From Robiginitomaculum sp. (lineage in GTDB: Bacteria; Pseudomonadota; Alphaproteobacteria; Caulobacterales; Maricaulaceae), in assembly GCA_002733485.1 (NCBI GenBank), contig NVVU01000004.1:26836-76432 (forward strand): a DNA stretch of 49,597 nt, written 5' to 3'. The position numbers and the translations under genes were made by a program. Below the pieces are notes generated by a model. That model was not told the origin of the DNA and ran no database searches. It was given only the letters and a program-made list of their open reading frames with translations. Shown here piece after piece: positions 1 to 8,099 of the stretch; the first letter of the stretch is position 1; every line of letters begins with the position of its first letter.

Positions 1-748
1 TGATAATTTCATCCATCACCCGCTTTGTCATGGCTGCATCCATTTGTGCCACCGGCGAAAATGCCCCCATGCCGCCGGTATTGGGCCCCTGATCACCATC
101 CAGCACGCGTTTATGGTCCTGCACCGCGATCAATGGCAGCACGGTTTTTCCATCGCTGAGCGCAAAAAATGAAGCCTCTACCCCATGCATAAATTCTTCA
201 ATCACCAGAGTTTGCGAGGCCGCGCCAAACTGTCCATCCAGCATGGATGTGGCGGCCCGGACGGCCTCTGCCAACGTATCGGTAATCACCACGCCCTTGC
301 CTGCGGCCAGACCATCGGCTTTCAGCACATAAGGGGCCGCCAGCGTCTGTAAAAACGCCTCGGCCTCCCCTGGCGTTGTGACCACTTTATAGGCTGCCGT
401 GGGAATGGCATGGCGGGCGCAAAAGGCCTTGGTAAAGGCTTTGGAGCCTTCCAGCTCAGCCGCCGCCGCCATCGGGCCAAAGACGGCCATGCCCTTTTCG
501 CGCAATTTGTCGGCCAGACCGGCGGCCAGCGGCACTTCGGGTCCGATGACCACCAGATCGGGGCACTCTTTCTCAGCCAGAGTCATCAATGCCGGCACAT
601 CTTCGGTGTCCACCGGCACGCACCGGCCCAGTTTTGCCAGCCCCGGATTACCCGGGGCGCTGATGAGTGCATCCACCAGCGGGCTTTGCATTATCTTCCA
701 GCCCAGCGCATGTTCGCGCCCGCCGCCACCAATCAGCAGAACTTTCAT
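1..748 (-). CDS. purD: phosphoribosylamine--glycine ligase, 5' portion (gene runs off the left window edge)
   Basis: The reverse frame is open from the window edge to an ATG (complement of 746-748) preceded by GGAGGA. Translation starts MKVLLIGGGGREHALGWK and contains DHKRVLDGDQGPNTGGMGAFSP, typical PurD motifs. It is missing from the ORF track because no stop lies inside the window. Confidence 0.9.
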   Translation of the reverse strand, partial: MKVLLIGGGGREHALGWKIMQSPLVDALISAPGNPGLAKLGRCVPVDTEDVPALMTLAEKECPDLVVIGPEVPLAAGLADKLREKGMAVFGPMAAAAELEGSKAFTKAFCARHAIPTAAYKVVTTPGEAEAFLQTLAAPYVLKADGLAAGKGVVITDTLAEAVRAATSMLDGQFGAASQTLVIEEFMHGVEASFFALSDGKTVLPLIAVQDHKRVLDGDQGPNTGGMGAFSPVAQMDAAMTKRVMDEII

Positions 749-809
749 CTGTTTCCTCCCGCCCAGCTTGCGTATACTGGCGGAGACCACCTTATTAGGA
801 TTCGCGAAT

Positions 810-2228
810 TTGTCAGACCCGTCCCCATCAAATGCCCATGAATTTACCGTTTCCGAACTGGCCGGGGCGCTAAAGCGTACGGTCGAGGAAAATTACGGCC
901 ATGTGCGCGTTCGCGGCGAGCTGGGCCGAGTGGTCATTGCCCGTTCCGGCCATGTCTATATGGATCTGAAAGATGATCGCGCGGTGATCGCCTCCATCGT
1001 CTGGAAAGGGGTGGCCTCACGCCTGCGCTTTGCCCCCGAGGAAGGTCTGGAAGTGATCGCCGAGGGGCGACTATCCACCTATCCCGGCCGCTCGCAATAC
1101 CAGCTGATTATCGAGAGCATGGAACCTGCCGGGGCCGGGGCGTTGATGGCGCTGTTGGAAGAGCGCCGCAAGAAATTTCAGGCTGAGGGCCTGTTTGACG
1201 AAGCTCACAAAAAGCCCCTGCCGTTTCTACCCAAAACCATCGGCGTTATCACCTCGCCCACCGGCGCGGTGATTCGCGACATATTGCACCGGCTGCGTGA
1301 TCGCTTTCCCCGACATGTGCTTTTATGGCCGGTGCTGGTACAGGGCGAAAAAGCTGCCAAACAGATCAGCGCCGCCATTAATGGCTTTAACACCATTGAC
1401 CCGGGCGGACCTGTGCCCCGGCCGGACCTGCTGATCGTGGCTCGCGGCGGTGGATCGATTGAGGATTTATGGGCGTTTAACGAGGAAAACGTGGTCCGCG
1501 CTGCGGCCCGCTCAGATATTCCGCTGATCTCGGCCGTGGGCCATGAAACCGACTGGACGCTGATCGATTATGTCTCTGACCGGCGCGCGCCCACCCCGAC
1601 GGGGGCCGCCGAAATTGCCGTGCCGGTCCGCACCGAACTGCTGGGCACACTGCAAAGCCACCATACCCGTCTGGCCGGAGCGATGATGCGCCTGACCGGG
1701 CGCAAGGAAACCGAGCTGCGCGCCGCCGCCCGTGGTCTGCCGCGCCCTGAGGATTTGCTGGGCGTGCTTTCGCAGCGCTTTGATTTTGCTGCCGAACGGC
1801 TGATGCGAGCTTTGCAGACCGGGCTGGATGCCCGCCGTGAACGGCTTATCTCTATTGCCGGCAGGTTACGCCCGCAACATTTGGGCAATGATGTACAAAG
1901 GCGCAGTGATGCCCTTAAGCGTTTGGGCACCCGGGCCAAGATTGCCTATTCGCGCGGCATTGCCGAACGCGAACGCCGCCTGGCCAGCGCTGCACAGCTA
2001 TTACGGTCCTTGTCACATGAAGGGGTATTGGCGCGTGGCTTTGCCCTGGTGCTGCGCCCGGATGGCACCTTGGTACGCCAGGGGGCGGAATTGCAAACCG
2101 GTGAAGCCGTGAACTTACAATTCGCCGATGCCAAACGCGCAGCACGCATTGAAAACGGCACCAAAAAGCCAGCGCCCAAAAAACGAAAAGCCCCCATGCC
2201 CCCATCCGGGCAAGGATCTTTATTTTAG
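810..2228 (+). CDS. xseA: exodeoxyribonuclease VII large subunit
   Basis: This is the C-terminal ~470 codons of track ORF 399..2228. Recognisable XseA begins at EFTVSELAGALKRTVEENYGHVRVRGELG (OB fold) and continues through IGVITSPTGAVIRD and ARGGGSIEDLWAFN. The upstream part of the track ORF is the antisense shadow of purD. An in-frame TTG at 810 was chosen as start; the start is uncertain. Confidence 0.85.
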   Translation: MSDPSPSNAHEFTVSELAGALKRTVEENYGHVRVRGELGRVVIARSGHVYMDLKDDRAVIASIVWKGVASRLRFAPEEGLEVIAEGRLSTYPGRSQYQLIIESMEPAGAGALMALLEERRKKFQAEGLFDEAHKKPLPFLPKTIGVITSPTGAVIRDILHRLRDRFPRHVLLWPVLVQGEKAAKQISAAINGFNTIDPGGPVPRPDLLIVARGGGSIEDLWAFNEENVVRAAARSDIPLISAVGHETDWTLIDYVSDRRAPTPTGAAEIAVPVRTELLGTLQSHHTRLAGAMMRLTGRKETELRAAARGLPRPEDLLGVLSQRFDFAAERLMRALQTGLDARRERLISIAGRLRPQHLGNDVQRRSDALKRLGTRAKIAYSRGIAERERRLASAAQLLRSLSHEGVLARGFALVLRPDGTLVRQGAELQTGEAVNLQFADAKRAARIENGTKKPAPKKRKAPMPPSGQGSLF

Positions 2229-2539
2229 ACCAGCCGAAAACGGCGGGTATCAAAAACTTTCAAAACCGTTGAGAGATCTTTGCCACGTTTCAAGATTTGA
2301 TTGCCCGGGGCCAGCACCTGATACTGTCCTTGACGATGCAAAAGCGCCGGGATTTTTTCCACCCGATAGAGCGGCAATTCGCTGGCATGGCGGAAAATGG
2401 AAAATACCGCCCGGTCCCGCAGCGAATCAATAGCGTAATCACGCCACTCCCCCGCCGCTACCATGCGCCCATAGAGCGCCATAATGACCGTCAGTTCTGG
2501 ACGGTTAAAATGAATGGGGGCGGCGGTGATGCGATTCAC
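2225..2539 (-). CDS. small conserved alphaproteobacterial protein, DUF2794-like
   Basis: 104-aa ORF. The stretch LYGRMVAAGEWRDYAID...FSIFRHASELPLYRVEK matches my memory of the DUF2794 family. Its stop overlaps the xseA stop convergently. Confidence 0.7.
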   Translation of the reverse strand: MNRITAAPIHFNRPELTVIMALYGRMVAAGEWRDYAIDSLRDRAVFSIFRHASELPLYRVEKIPALLHRQGQYQVLAPGNQILKRGKDLSTVLKVFDTRRFRLV

Positions 2540-2808
2540 ACGATAATCCGATGCTAAAAACGAATCTTTTTTCTATTATTACAGCGAATTTAGACAAAAC
2601 CACAAAACCGCCACATTTCGGACCTGAACGCGCCCCATCCGGGCACCATCTTGCACTTGTCGGTTCGGCGCAGCAGTAACGCCCGCCCTGGTTTCCAGAC
2701 AGCCCCCCCAGCCCCCCCGGGACAGGTGGCCGCCTCGAACCGACAACCCTCTTCCTCTCTTATCATTTCAGACTTGCGTCATGGGCCAAACTGGCAAACC
2801 ATGGCTCT

Positions 2809-3498
2809 ATGCTGGAAGTTCATCACCTTGAGAAATCCTTTGCCGATAATCCGGCCTTAAGACAAGTGTCTTTTAGCGCTGATAAAGGTGAAATTGTTGC
2901 GCTGGTTGGCCGCAATGGCGCCGGTAAATCCACTTTGATGCGCCTGATCGCCGGATGCCTGATGCCTGACTCGGGCGAAATCCTCCTCTCGGATGATATG
3001 CGCATTGGATATTTGCCAGAAGGCGCGCCCCTCTATGATGAACTGACACCCCGGGCCTGCCTTGATTTTGTTATTGGCGCCCATGGTATAAAAGGTGCGG
3101 CCCGGCGTAAGCGCGTAAAGGAAAGCCTGGAAAAGCTGGACCTGACCGACCATGCGGATCAGGTCCTGAACACCCTTTCCAAAGGCTATCAACGCCGCAC
3201 AGCCCTGGGCATGGCATTGGCCCCCGAACCACATTTGCTGATTTTAGACGAGCCGTTTGATGGCTTTGATCCCATCCAGAAACATGCCGCCGTGAATTTG
3301 CTAAAATCCATTAGCCCCAACACCCTGATCCTGATCAGCACGCACTCCTTAAAAGATGCAGAGCGCCTGTGCAGTCGCATGATCGTTATAGAGAACGGAC
3401 GGATTAGCGCGGATACCTCTCCCAAAGCCCTGCTAAAGGAAACCGGCACAGACACACTGGATGCAGCCTTTCGTCGTCTTGTCGGAGGGACGGTATGA
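2809..3498 (+). CDS. ABC transporter ATP-binding protein (ABC-2 / GldA-like)
   Basis: Walker A GRNGAGKST, signature LSKGYQRR, Walker B LILDEPFDGFD. A 4-nt ATGA overlap joins it to the next gene. Confidence 0.9.
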   Translation: MLEVHHLEKSFADNPALRQVSFSADKGEIVALVGRNGAGKSTLMRLIAGCLMPDSGEILLSDDMRIGYLPEGAPLYDELTPRACLDFVIGAHGIKGAARRKRVKESLEKLDLTDHADQVLNTLSKGYQRRTALGMALAPEPHLLILDEPFDGFDPIQKHAAVNLLKSISPNTLILISTHSLKDAERLCSRMIVIENGRISADTSPKALLKETGTDTLDAAFRRLVGGTV

Positions 3499-5822
3499 GT
3501 GGATTTATCGCTCTTTTGCGCAAGGATTTACGGCTGGCCTTTGCCAGACCCGCCACCTACGCTTTTGTCTGCCTCTTTGCCTTAAGCGCGATGGCCCTGA
3601 CCTTTTACCCGGGCCGGTTTTTTGATGCCAATCGCGCCGATTTGAGCATTTTGTTTTCGACCCTGCCCTGGTTTTTTGCAATTTTTACACCTGCGCTGGT
3701 GATGGACACATTAAGCTATGAACGGCGCGCCAAAACGGCTGAGCTGCTCTATGCCCTGCCCCTGCGATCGGCCCAGATTATCGTGTCCAAATGGCTAAGC
3801 CTCTGGCTGATCTGCCTTTTTGCCCTTGGCCTGACCACAAGTTTATGGATCAGCATTAGCTGGCTTGGAAGCCCCGATCACGGGGCCATCCTCGCCGGTT
3901 ATCTGGGCGCGGCCTTGATGGCCGCAAGCGCGTGCGCCATCTCGCTTTTGGTCACGGCACGAACCAATAGCCAAATTCTGGCCTTTTTAAGTGCCCTTGT
4001 GGCCAATATTGCCCTGACCATAGGGGCCTTGCCCGCCGTGAACGGCCTCCTTCCTGATCTGGCGCGTATGCTGGCTGATTTTTCCGTACCCGTACACCAG
4101 ACGCATTTTATACGCGGGGTGATCAGCCTCTCTGATGTGGTTTTCTTTCTCTCGCTTACGCTTTTTGGCCTTTATGGGGCTAGCGTCTTATGGAAACCCG
4201 TGCGGGGCACCACTTATCGGCTTGGGCTTGCGCTCCTTGCCCTCTTGGCCCTGAACACTCTGGCCACAACCAAGCCAGCGCGTGCCATCCGCGCTGACCT
4301 GACCGCCGAGCACCTTTACACGCTCAGTCCCGCCGCAAAACGCATAATTGGCGCGCAGGAAAAGCCGATCCAATGGACATTTTATTATTCAAGAAAACTG
4401 GCCGCGCAATACCCAGACATTCGCACTTATGGAGCACGGGTCGAAGAAACCCTGCAAAGCCTTGCGAGTGCCTCCAAAGGAAAAATTCACCTGCGCATGA
4501 TCGATCCACATAGTGACACCCCTGAAGAGGATCAGGCCCTGGAGGCAGGGCTGGAGGCTATTCCCACGGACCGTGGCGAGCCTTTGTATTTTGGGCTGGT
4601 CAATGAAGAGCGGGCCGTCATCAAACGCTTTGATCCGCAACGGGAAAATACTCTGGAATATGATCTGGTACGGGCTTTAAGCGCCCAAAAAATGGTCAAA
4701 CCCCGCCTTAGCCTTCTGGATGGCATTGATCTGGCGGGGCGAGACTGGTTTGTCACCGGGCGCAAGGAAAGTCTGCTCTACCGCCTGTTAACCGAGCACT
4801 ACGATGTCACCGTGTTGGACCAGAACTTCACCCTTGATGATCTGGAAGGCAGCATCGCCATTCTGGTTCACCCCCCGGCCCTTAACCGGGATCAGGATCA
4901 GGCGCTTAGCGATTTTATTGCCAAAAATGGCCGCGCCATTATATTTCTTGACCCCTATAGCGAGGCTTCGGCCCGCCCGGCCTTAAATGGCCTGCCAAAG
5001 AAAAACGCTTTGATGGCCTCTGCGGCCCCCGGGTTTTTACTGGATAAGAACTTTGGCTGGACCAGCAATCAGGTGGTCCTGGATCGTGATAATGCCATGC
5101 CAATTGAACGCCGCCAAAACGGACAGACACGCACCCTGCGCCAACCCGCCTGGATTGGCCTTGGCACGGCGAATTTGTCGGCGGAGAATCCACTTACTGC
5201 TCATTTAGGGCGCGGCCTGGTTCTGGCCAGTGCCTGTGCCCTGACCCGCACACAAAATGCGGGCTGGGCTCCTTTGATCACCACCAGCACCAATAGCGCC
5301 CGTATAGAGGCACAGGATTTTGCCGCCGACCCGGACCCACAAGCGCTGATGCGCGACCCGGCCTCTTTGGGCAAACGAGAATGGCTGGCGGCGGTCAAAG
5401 ATGGCATCATCGTCATTTGCGATGCCGATATGCTGGACGATGATTTTTACGTACAAGATGATCCGGTGTTTGGTTCCCGTGCACAGGCAGACAATGCCGA
5501 CTTTCTTCTCAACGCCCTTGACTGGCTAAACGCCGATACGGCGCTGCTGGCCTTGCGGGCGCGCAACACCCTGCCCAGAGGCCTAAACCGTATTGATGGT
5601 ATGCGGGCCGCTGCCCAAGCGCAGTTAAGAAAAGCAGAGGCAGAATGGCAATCTACCGCCACGCCCGAAGCCCGACTGGCCTTGCGTTCTGTCCGACAGA
5701 CGTTTCGCCGTCAGATTGGCCGCATCGAAATGGTCTTACAGGCCATCAATATCTGGCTGGTGCCGCTGTCTTTCTTCCTTATCGGCGGGCTTTATACCCT
5801 GTGGCGACGGCGGCAGTTTTAA
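3495..5822 (+). CDS. fused ABC-2 family permease / GldG-like auxiliary domain protein
   Basis: 775 aa. The N-terminal ~240 aa are multi-TM and ABC-2 permease-like. A large soluble region follows (IQWTFYYSRKLAAQYPDIRTYGARVEETL...) resembling GldG-type 'ABC-type uncharacterized transport system' domains. A C-terminal TM helix is present (LVPLSFFLIGGLYTLW). Confidence 0.75.
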   Translation: MSGFIALLRKDLRLAFARPATYAFVCLFALSAMALTFYPGRFFDANRADLSILFSTLPWFFAIFTPALVMDTLSYERRAKTAELLYALPLRSAQIIVSKWLSLWLICLFALGLTTSLWISISWLGSPDHGAILAGYLGAALMAASACAISLLVTARTNSQILAFLSALVANIALTIGALPAVNGLLPDLARMLADFSVPVHQTHFIRGVISLSDVVFFLSLTLFGLYGASVLWKPVRGTTYRLGLALLALLALNTLATTKPARAIRADLTAEHLYTLSPAAKRIIGAQEKPIQWTFYYSRKLAAQYPDIRTYGARVEETLQSLASASKGKIHLRMIDPHSDTPEEDQALEAGLEAIPTDRGEPLYFGLVNEERAVIKRFDPQRENTLEYDLVRALSAQKMVKPRLSLLDGIDLAGRDWFVTGRKESLLYRLLTEHYDVTVLDQNFTLDDLEGSIAILVHPPALNRDQDQALSDFIAKNGRAIIFLDPYSEASARPALNGLPKKNALMASAAPGFLLDKNFGWTSNQVVLDRDNAMPIERRQNGQTRTLRQPAWIGLGTANLSAENPLTAHLGRGLVLASACALTRTQNAGWAPLITTSTNSARIEAQDFAADPDPQALMRDPASLGKREWLAAVKDGIIVICDADMLDDDFYVQDDPVFGSRAQADNADFLLNALDWLNADTALLALRARNTLPRGLNRIDGMRAAAQAQLRKAEAEWQSTATPEARLALRSVRQTFRRQIGRIEMVLQAINIWLVPLSFFLIGGLYTLWRRRQF

Positions 5823-5840
5823 GGGAAATGCAAAAGCGCC

Positions 5841-7739
5841 TTATTGGCAGGCCAGGCATTCCTCATAGTCCGTCGGGGCGACCATCTCTACGACGTCGTC
5901 TTTTTTGTCGTCCTTGGTGCCATTGGCAAAGGCCGTGCGCTGCACAGATTTTGAGCGGCAGTAATAAAGCGATTTGACGCCCTTTTCCCAGGCCGACCAA
6001 TGCAGCATGTGTAGGTCCCATTTACTGACATCGCCTGGCAAAAAGACATTGACCGATTGCGACTGGCAGATGAAGGGCGAGCGATCCGCCGCATGTTCAA
6101 TGATCCAGCGCTGATCCACCTCAAAGGCGGTGCGGAACAATTCTTTTTCACTGTCGCTGAGCACATCAAGATGCTGAATCGATCCTTCATGCTCCAATAT
6201 GGAGCTCCAGGTTTCCTGAGTGTTGGCACCTTTTTCTTCCAGCAGGCGCTCCAATTGCGCATTGCGCACCGTGAACGAACCGGACAGGGTTTTATGGGTG
6301 TAAATATTGGCTGGGATCGGCTCGATCCCAGCCGACGTACCCCCACAAATGATCGAGATGGAGGCGGTGGGCGCAACGGCCATTTTATGCGAGAAACGCG
6401 CTTTCAATCCGGCATCTTCGGCATCGGGACAGGCCCCGCGCTCTTCGGCCAGCTTAACCGAAGCGGCATCAGCCCCACGGCGAATATGTTTGAAGATTTG
6501 CAAATTCCACGACTTGGCCAGAGCCGACTCAAAAGGCGCATTTTGCGACTGTAAAAAGGAGTGAAAGCCCATCAGACCAAGGCCAACCGAGCGCTCACGC
6601 TGCGCCGAATAAACGGCGCGGTCCATCGCGCTAGGGGCGGTGTCGATAAATTCCTGCAGGACATTATCCAAAAAGCGATAAATGTCCTCAATAAAGTTTT
6701 CATCCTCGCGCCATTCCAGAAACTTCTCGGCGTTTAGCGAGCTGAGGCAACACACCGCCGTGCGCTCTTTGCCCAAATGATCTGGCCCGGTGTGCAGCAT
6801 AATTTCGGCACACAGATTTGACTGCTTAACACTCAGCCCCAGATCACGCTGGTGCTTGGGCATGGCCCGGTTCACCGTGTCAGAAAAAATAATGTACGGC
6901 TCGCCGGTCTGCACACGCATTTCCAGCAGTTTTTGCCAAAGCGCCCGAGCATTGACCGACTTTACCGGCTCGCCGGTTTTGGGGCTTAAAAGGTCAAAAT
7001 CAGTATCATCACGCACCGCTTCCATAAAGGCGTCGGTGATAGTAATGCCATGATGCAGGTTCAGGGACTTGCGGTTAAAATCGCCGGACGGTTTGCGAAT
7101 CACCAGAAATTCTTCAATCTCCGGGTGATGAATATCCAGATATACCGCCGCAGAGCCGCGACGCAGTGAGCCTTGTGAAATCGCCAGTGTCAGCGAATCC
7201 ATAACCCGGACAAACGGGATGATGCCCGCCGTGTGCCCTTTTTCGCCGACTTTTTCCCCTATTGAGCGGACCCGGCCCCAATAGGTGCCAATACCGCCGC
7301 CATTCGAGGCCAACCAGACATTCTCGTTCCAGGTTTCCACGATGCCATCCAGCGAATCGCTGACAGAATTCAAAAAGCAGGAAATCGGCAGACCACGCTT
7401 GGCCCCGCCATTGGACAGAACCGGGGTTGCCGGCATGAACCACAAATCAGACATATAACTATAAAGACGCTGGGCATGGGCCAGATCATCGCCATAGGTC
7501 ATGGCCACACGGGCAAACATGTCCTGATAGCTTTCCCCGGGCAAAAGATAGCGGTCGCGCAAAGTGGTTTTACCAAATTCGGTCAATTTGTCGTCTTTGG
7601 AATGGTCCAGATTGATGCCTTTTACAACGCGCAGGCACGCCTTTTCCGTCGCAGTTTTACGCGACGCAATGTCTGCGGAAACGCCCGCAAACCCTTTGGT
7701 CATTTCAGTTTTCTTGGTCGCTGGCATTGTCTTGTTCAT
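5841..7739 (-). CDS. nrdA: class I ribonucleoside-diphosphate reductase, alpha subunit (no ATP-cone evident)
   Basis: Active-site SNLCAEI, the APTASISIICGGTSAGIEP region and a C-terminal redox tail ECLACQ. Start set at the ATG at complement 7737-7739 (MNKTMPATKK), preceded by GGGGATGGA. The longer track ORF (to 7877) would run through the operator-like region. Confidence 0.85.
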   Translation of the reverse strand: MNKTMPATKKTEMTKGFAGVSADIASRKTATEKACLRVVKGINLDHSKDDKLTEFGKTTLRDRYLLPGESYQDMFARVAMTYGDDLAHAQRLYSYMSDLWFMPATPVLSNGGAKRGLPISCFLNSVSDSLDGIVETWNENVWLASNGGGIGTYWGRVRSIGEKVGEKGHTAGIIPFVRVMDSLTLAISQGSLRRGSAAVYLDIHHPEIEEFLVIRKPSGDFNRKSLNLHHGITITDAFMEAVRDDTDFDLLSPKTGEPVKSVNARALWQKLLEMRVQTGEPYIIFSDTVNRAMPKHQRDLGLSVKQSNLCAEIMLHTGPDHLGKERTAVCCLSSLNAEKFLEWREDENFIEDIYRFLDNVLQEFIDTAPSAMDRAVYSAQRERSVGLGLMGFHSFLQSQNAPFESALAKSWNLQIFKHIRRGADAASVKLAEERGACPDAEDAGLKARFSHKMAVAPTASISIICGGTSAGIEPIPANIYTHKTLSGSFTVRNAQLERLLEEKGANTQETWSSILEHEGSIQHLDVLSDSEKELFRTAFEVDQRWIIEHAADRSPFICQSQSVNVFLPGDVSKWDLHMLHWSAWEKGVKSLYYCRSKSVQRTAFANGTKDDKKDDVVEMVAPTDYEECLACQ

Positions 7740-7849
7740 TCGCGTTCCATCCCCGGATTTAGGCATAAATTGCCCCTGTACGTGCCAGGCCCCAGCCCTG
7801 CGCGCGTCGTCGACTGTTTCTCTCAGAATTGTCAGGAATTTCGCCCCTG

Positions 7850-7865
7850 ACACCACATATAGTGT
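7850..7865 (-). promoter_or_regulatory. NrdR-box-like operator (ACACCACATATAGTGT)
   Basis: Matches 14 of 16 positions of the published NrdR box consensus acaCwAtATaTwGtgt. It lies about 110 nt upstream of the nrdA start. Confidence 0.55.
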
Positions 7866-7881
7866 TTCGCTTCGCACAAAG

Positions 7882-7897
7882 GGTCAATATGTAGAAA
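7882..7897 (-). promoter_or_regulatory. possible second, weak NrdR box (GGTCAATATGTAGAAA)
   Basis: The core CAATATGTAG resembles the box centre. Centre-to-centre distance to the first box is 32 bp, the usual tandem spacing. The flanks match poorly. Confidence 0.25.
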
Positions 7898-8044
7898 GAA
7901 AGAAAAATGCTTTTTTTCTTAACAAGTCCTTAAGCGGCGAAAATTGCTTGATAAATTCTTTACATTTTCCGCATGCCCTGTCAGCCAAAATCCTGACTGC
8001 TCACACAGGATTTCTGGGGATAAGCTGTGAACATTTATGGAAAG

Positions 8045-8066
8045 CCAAGCGTTACCAGACGCTTGG
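8045..8066 (-). terminator. stem-loop downstream of putA (CCAAGCGT-taccag-ACGCTTGG)
   Basis: Perfect 8-bp inverted repeat about 35 nt past the putA stop. On the transcribed strand only a short CTTT follows, so the U-tract is weak. Confidence 0.4.
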
Positions 8067-8099
8067 CAAAACCAACCTGAATTTCCAGTTTTCTGCGTA

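Noticed and set aside
399-809. N-terminal ~137 codons of the 609-aa track ORF 399..2228
   Set aside because: This part runs antisense to purD, is low complexity (Ala/Ser/Pro-rich) and precedes the recognisable XseA N-terminus. It is a GC-rich shadow extension, not a real XseA domain.
2657-2746. GGTTCG / CGAACC motifs as a possible tRNA T-arm
   Set aside because: No acceptor, D or anticodon arm arrangement can be drawn, and the segment is dominated by C-runs. It is retained only as an unexplained inverted repeat.
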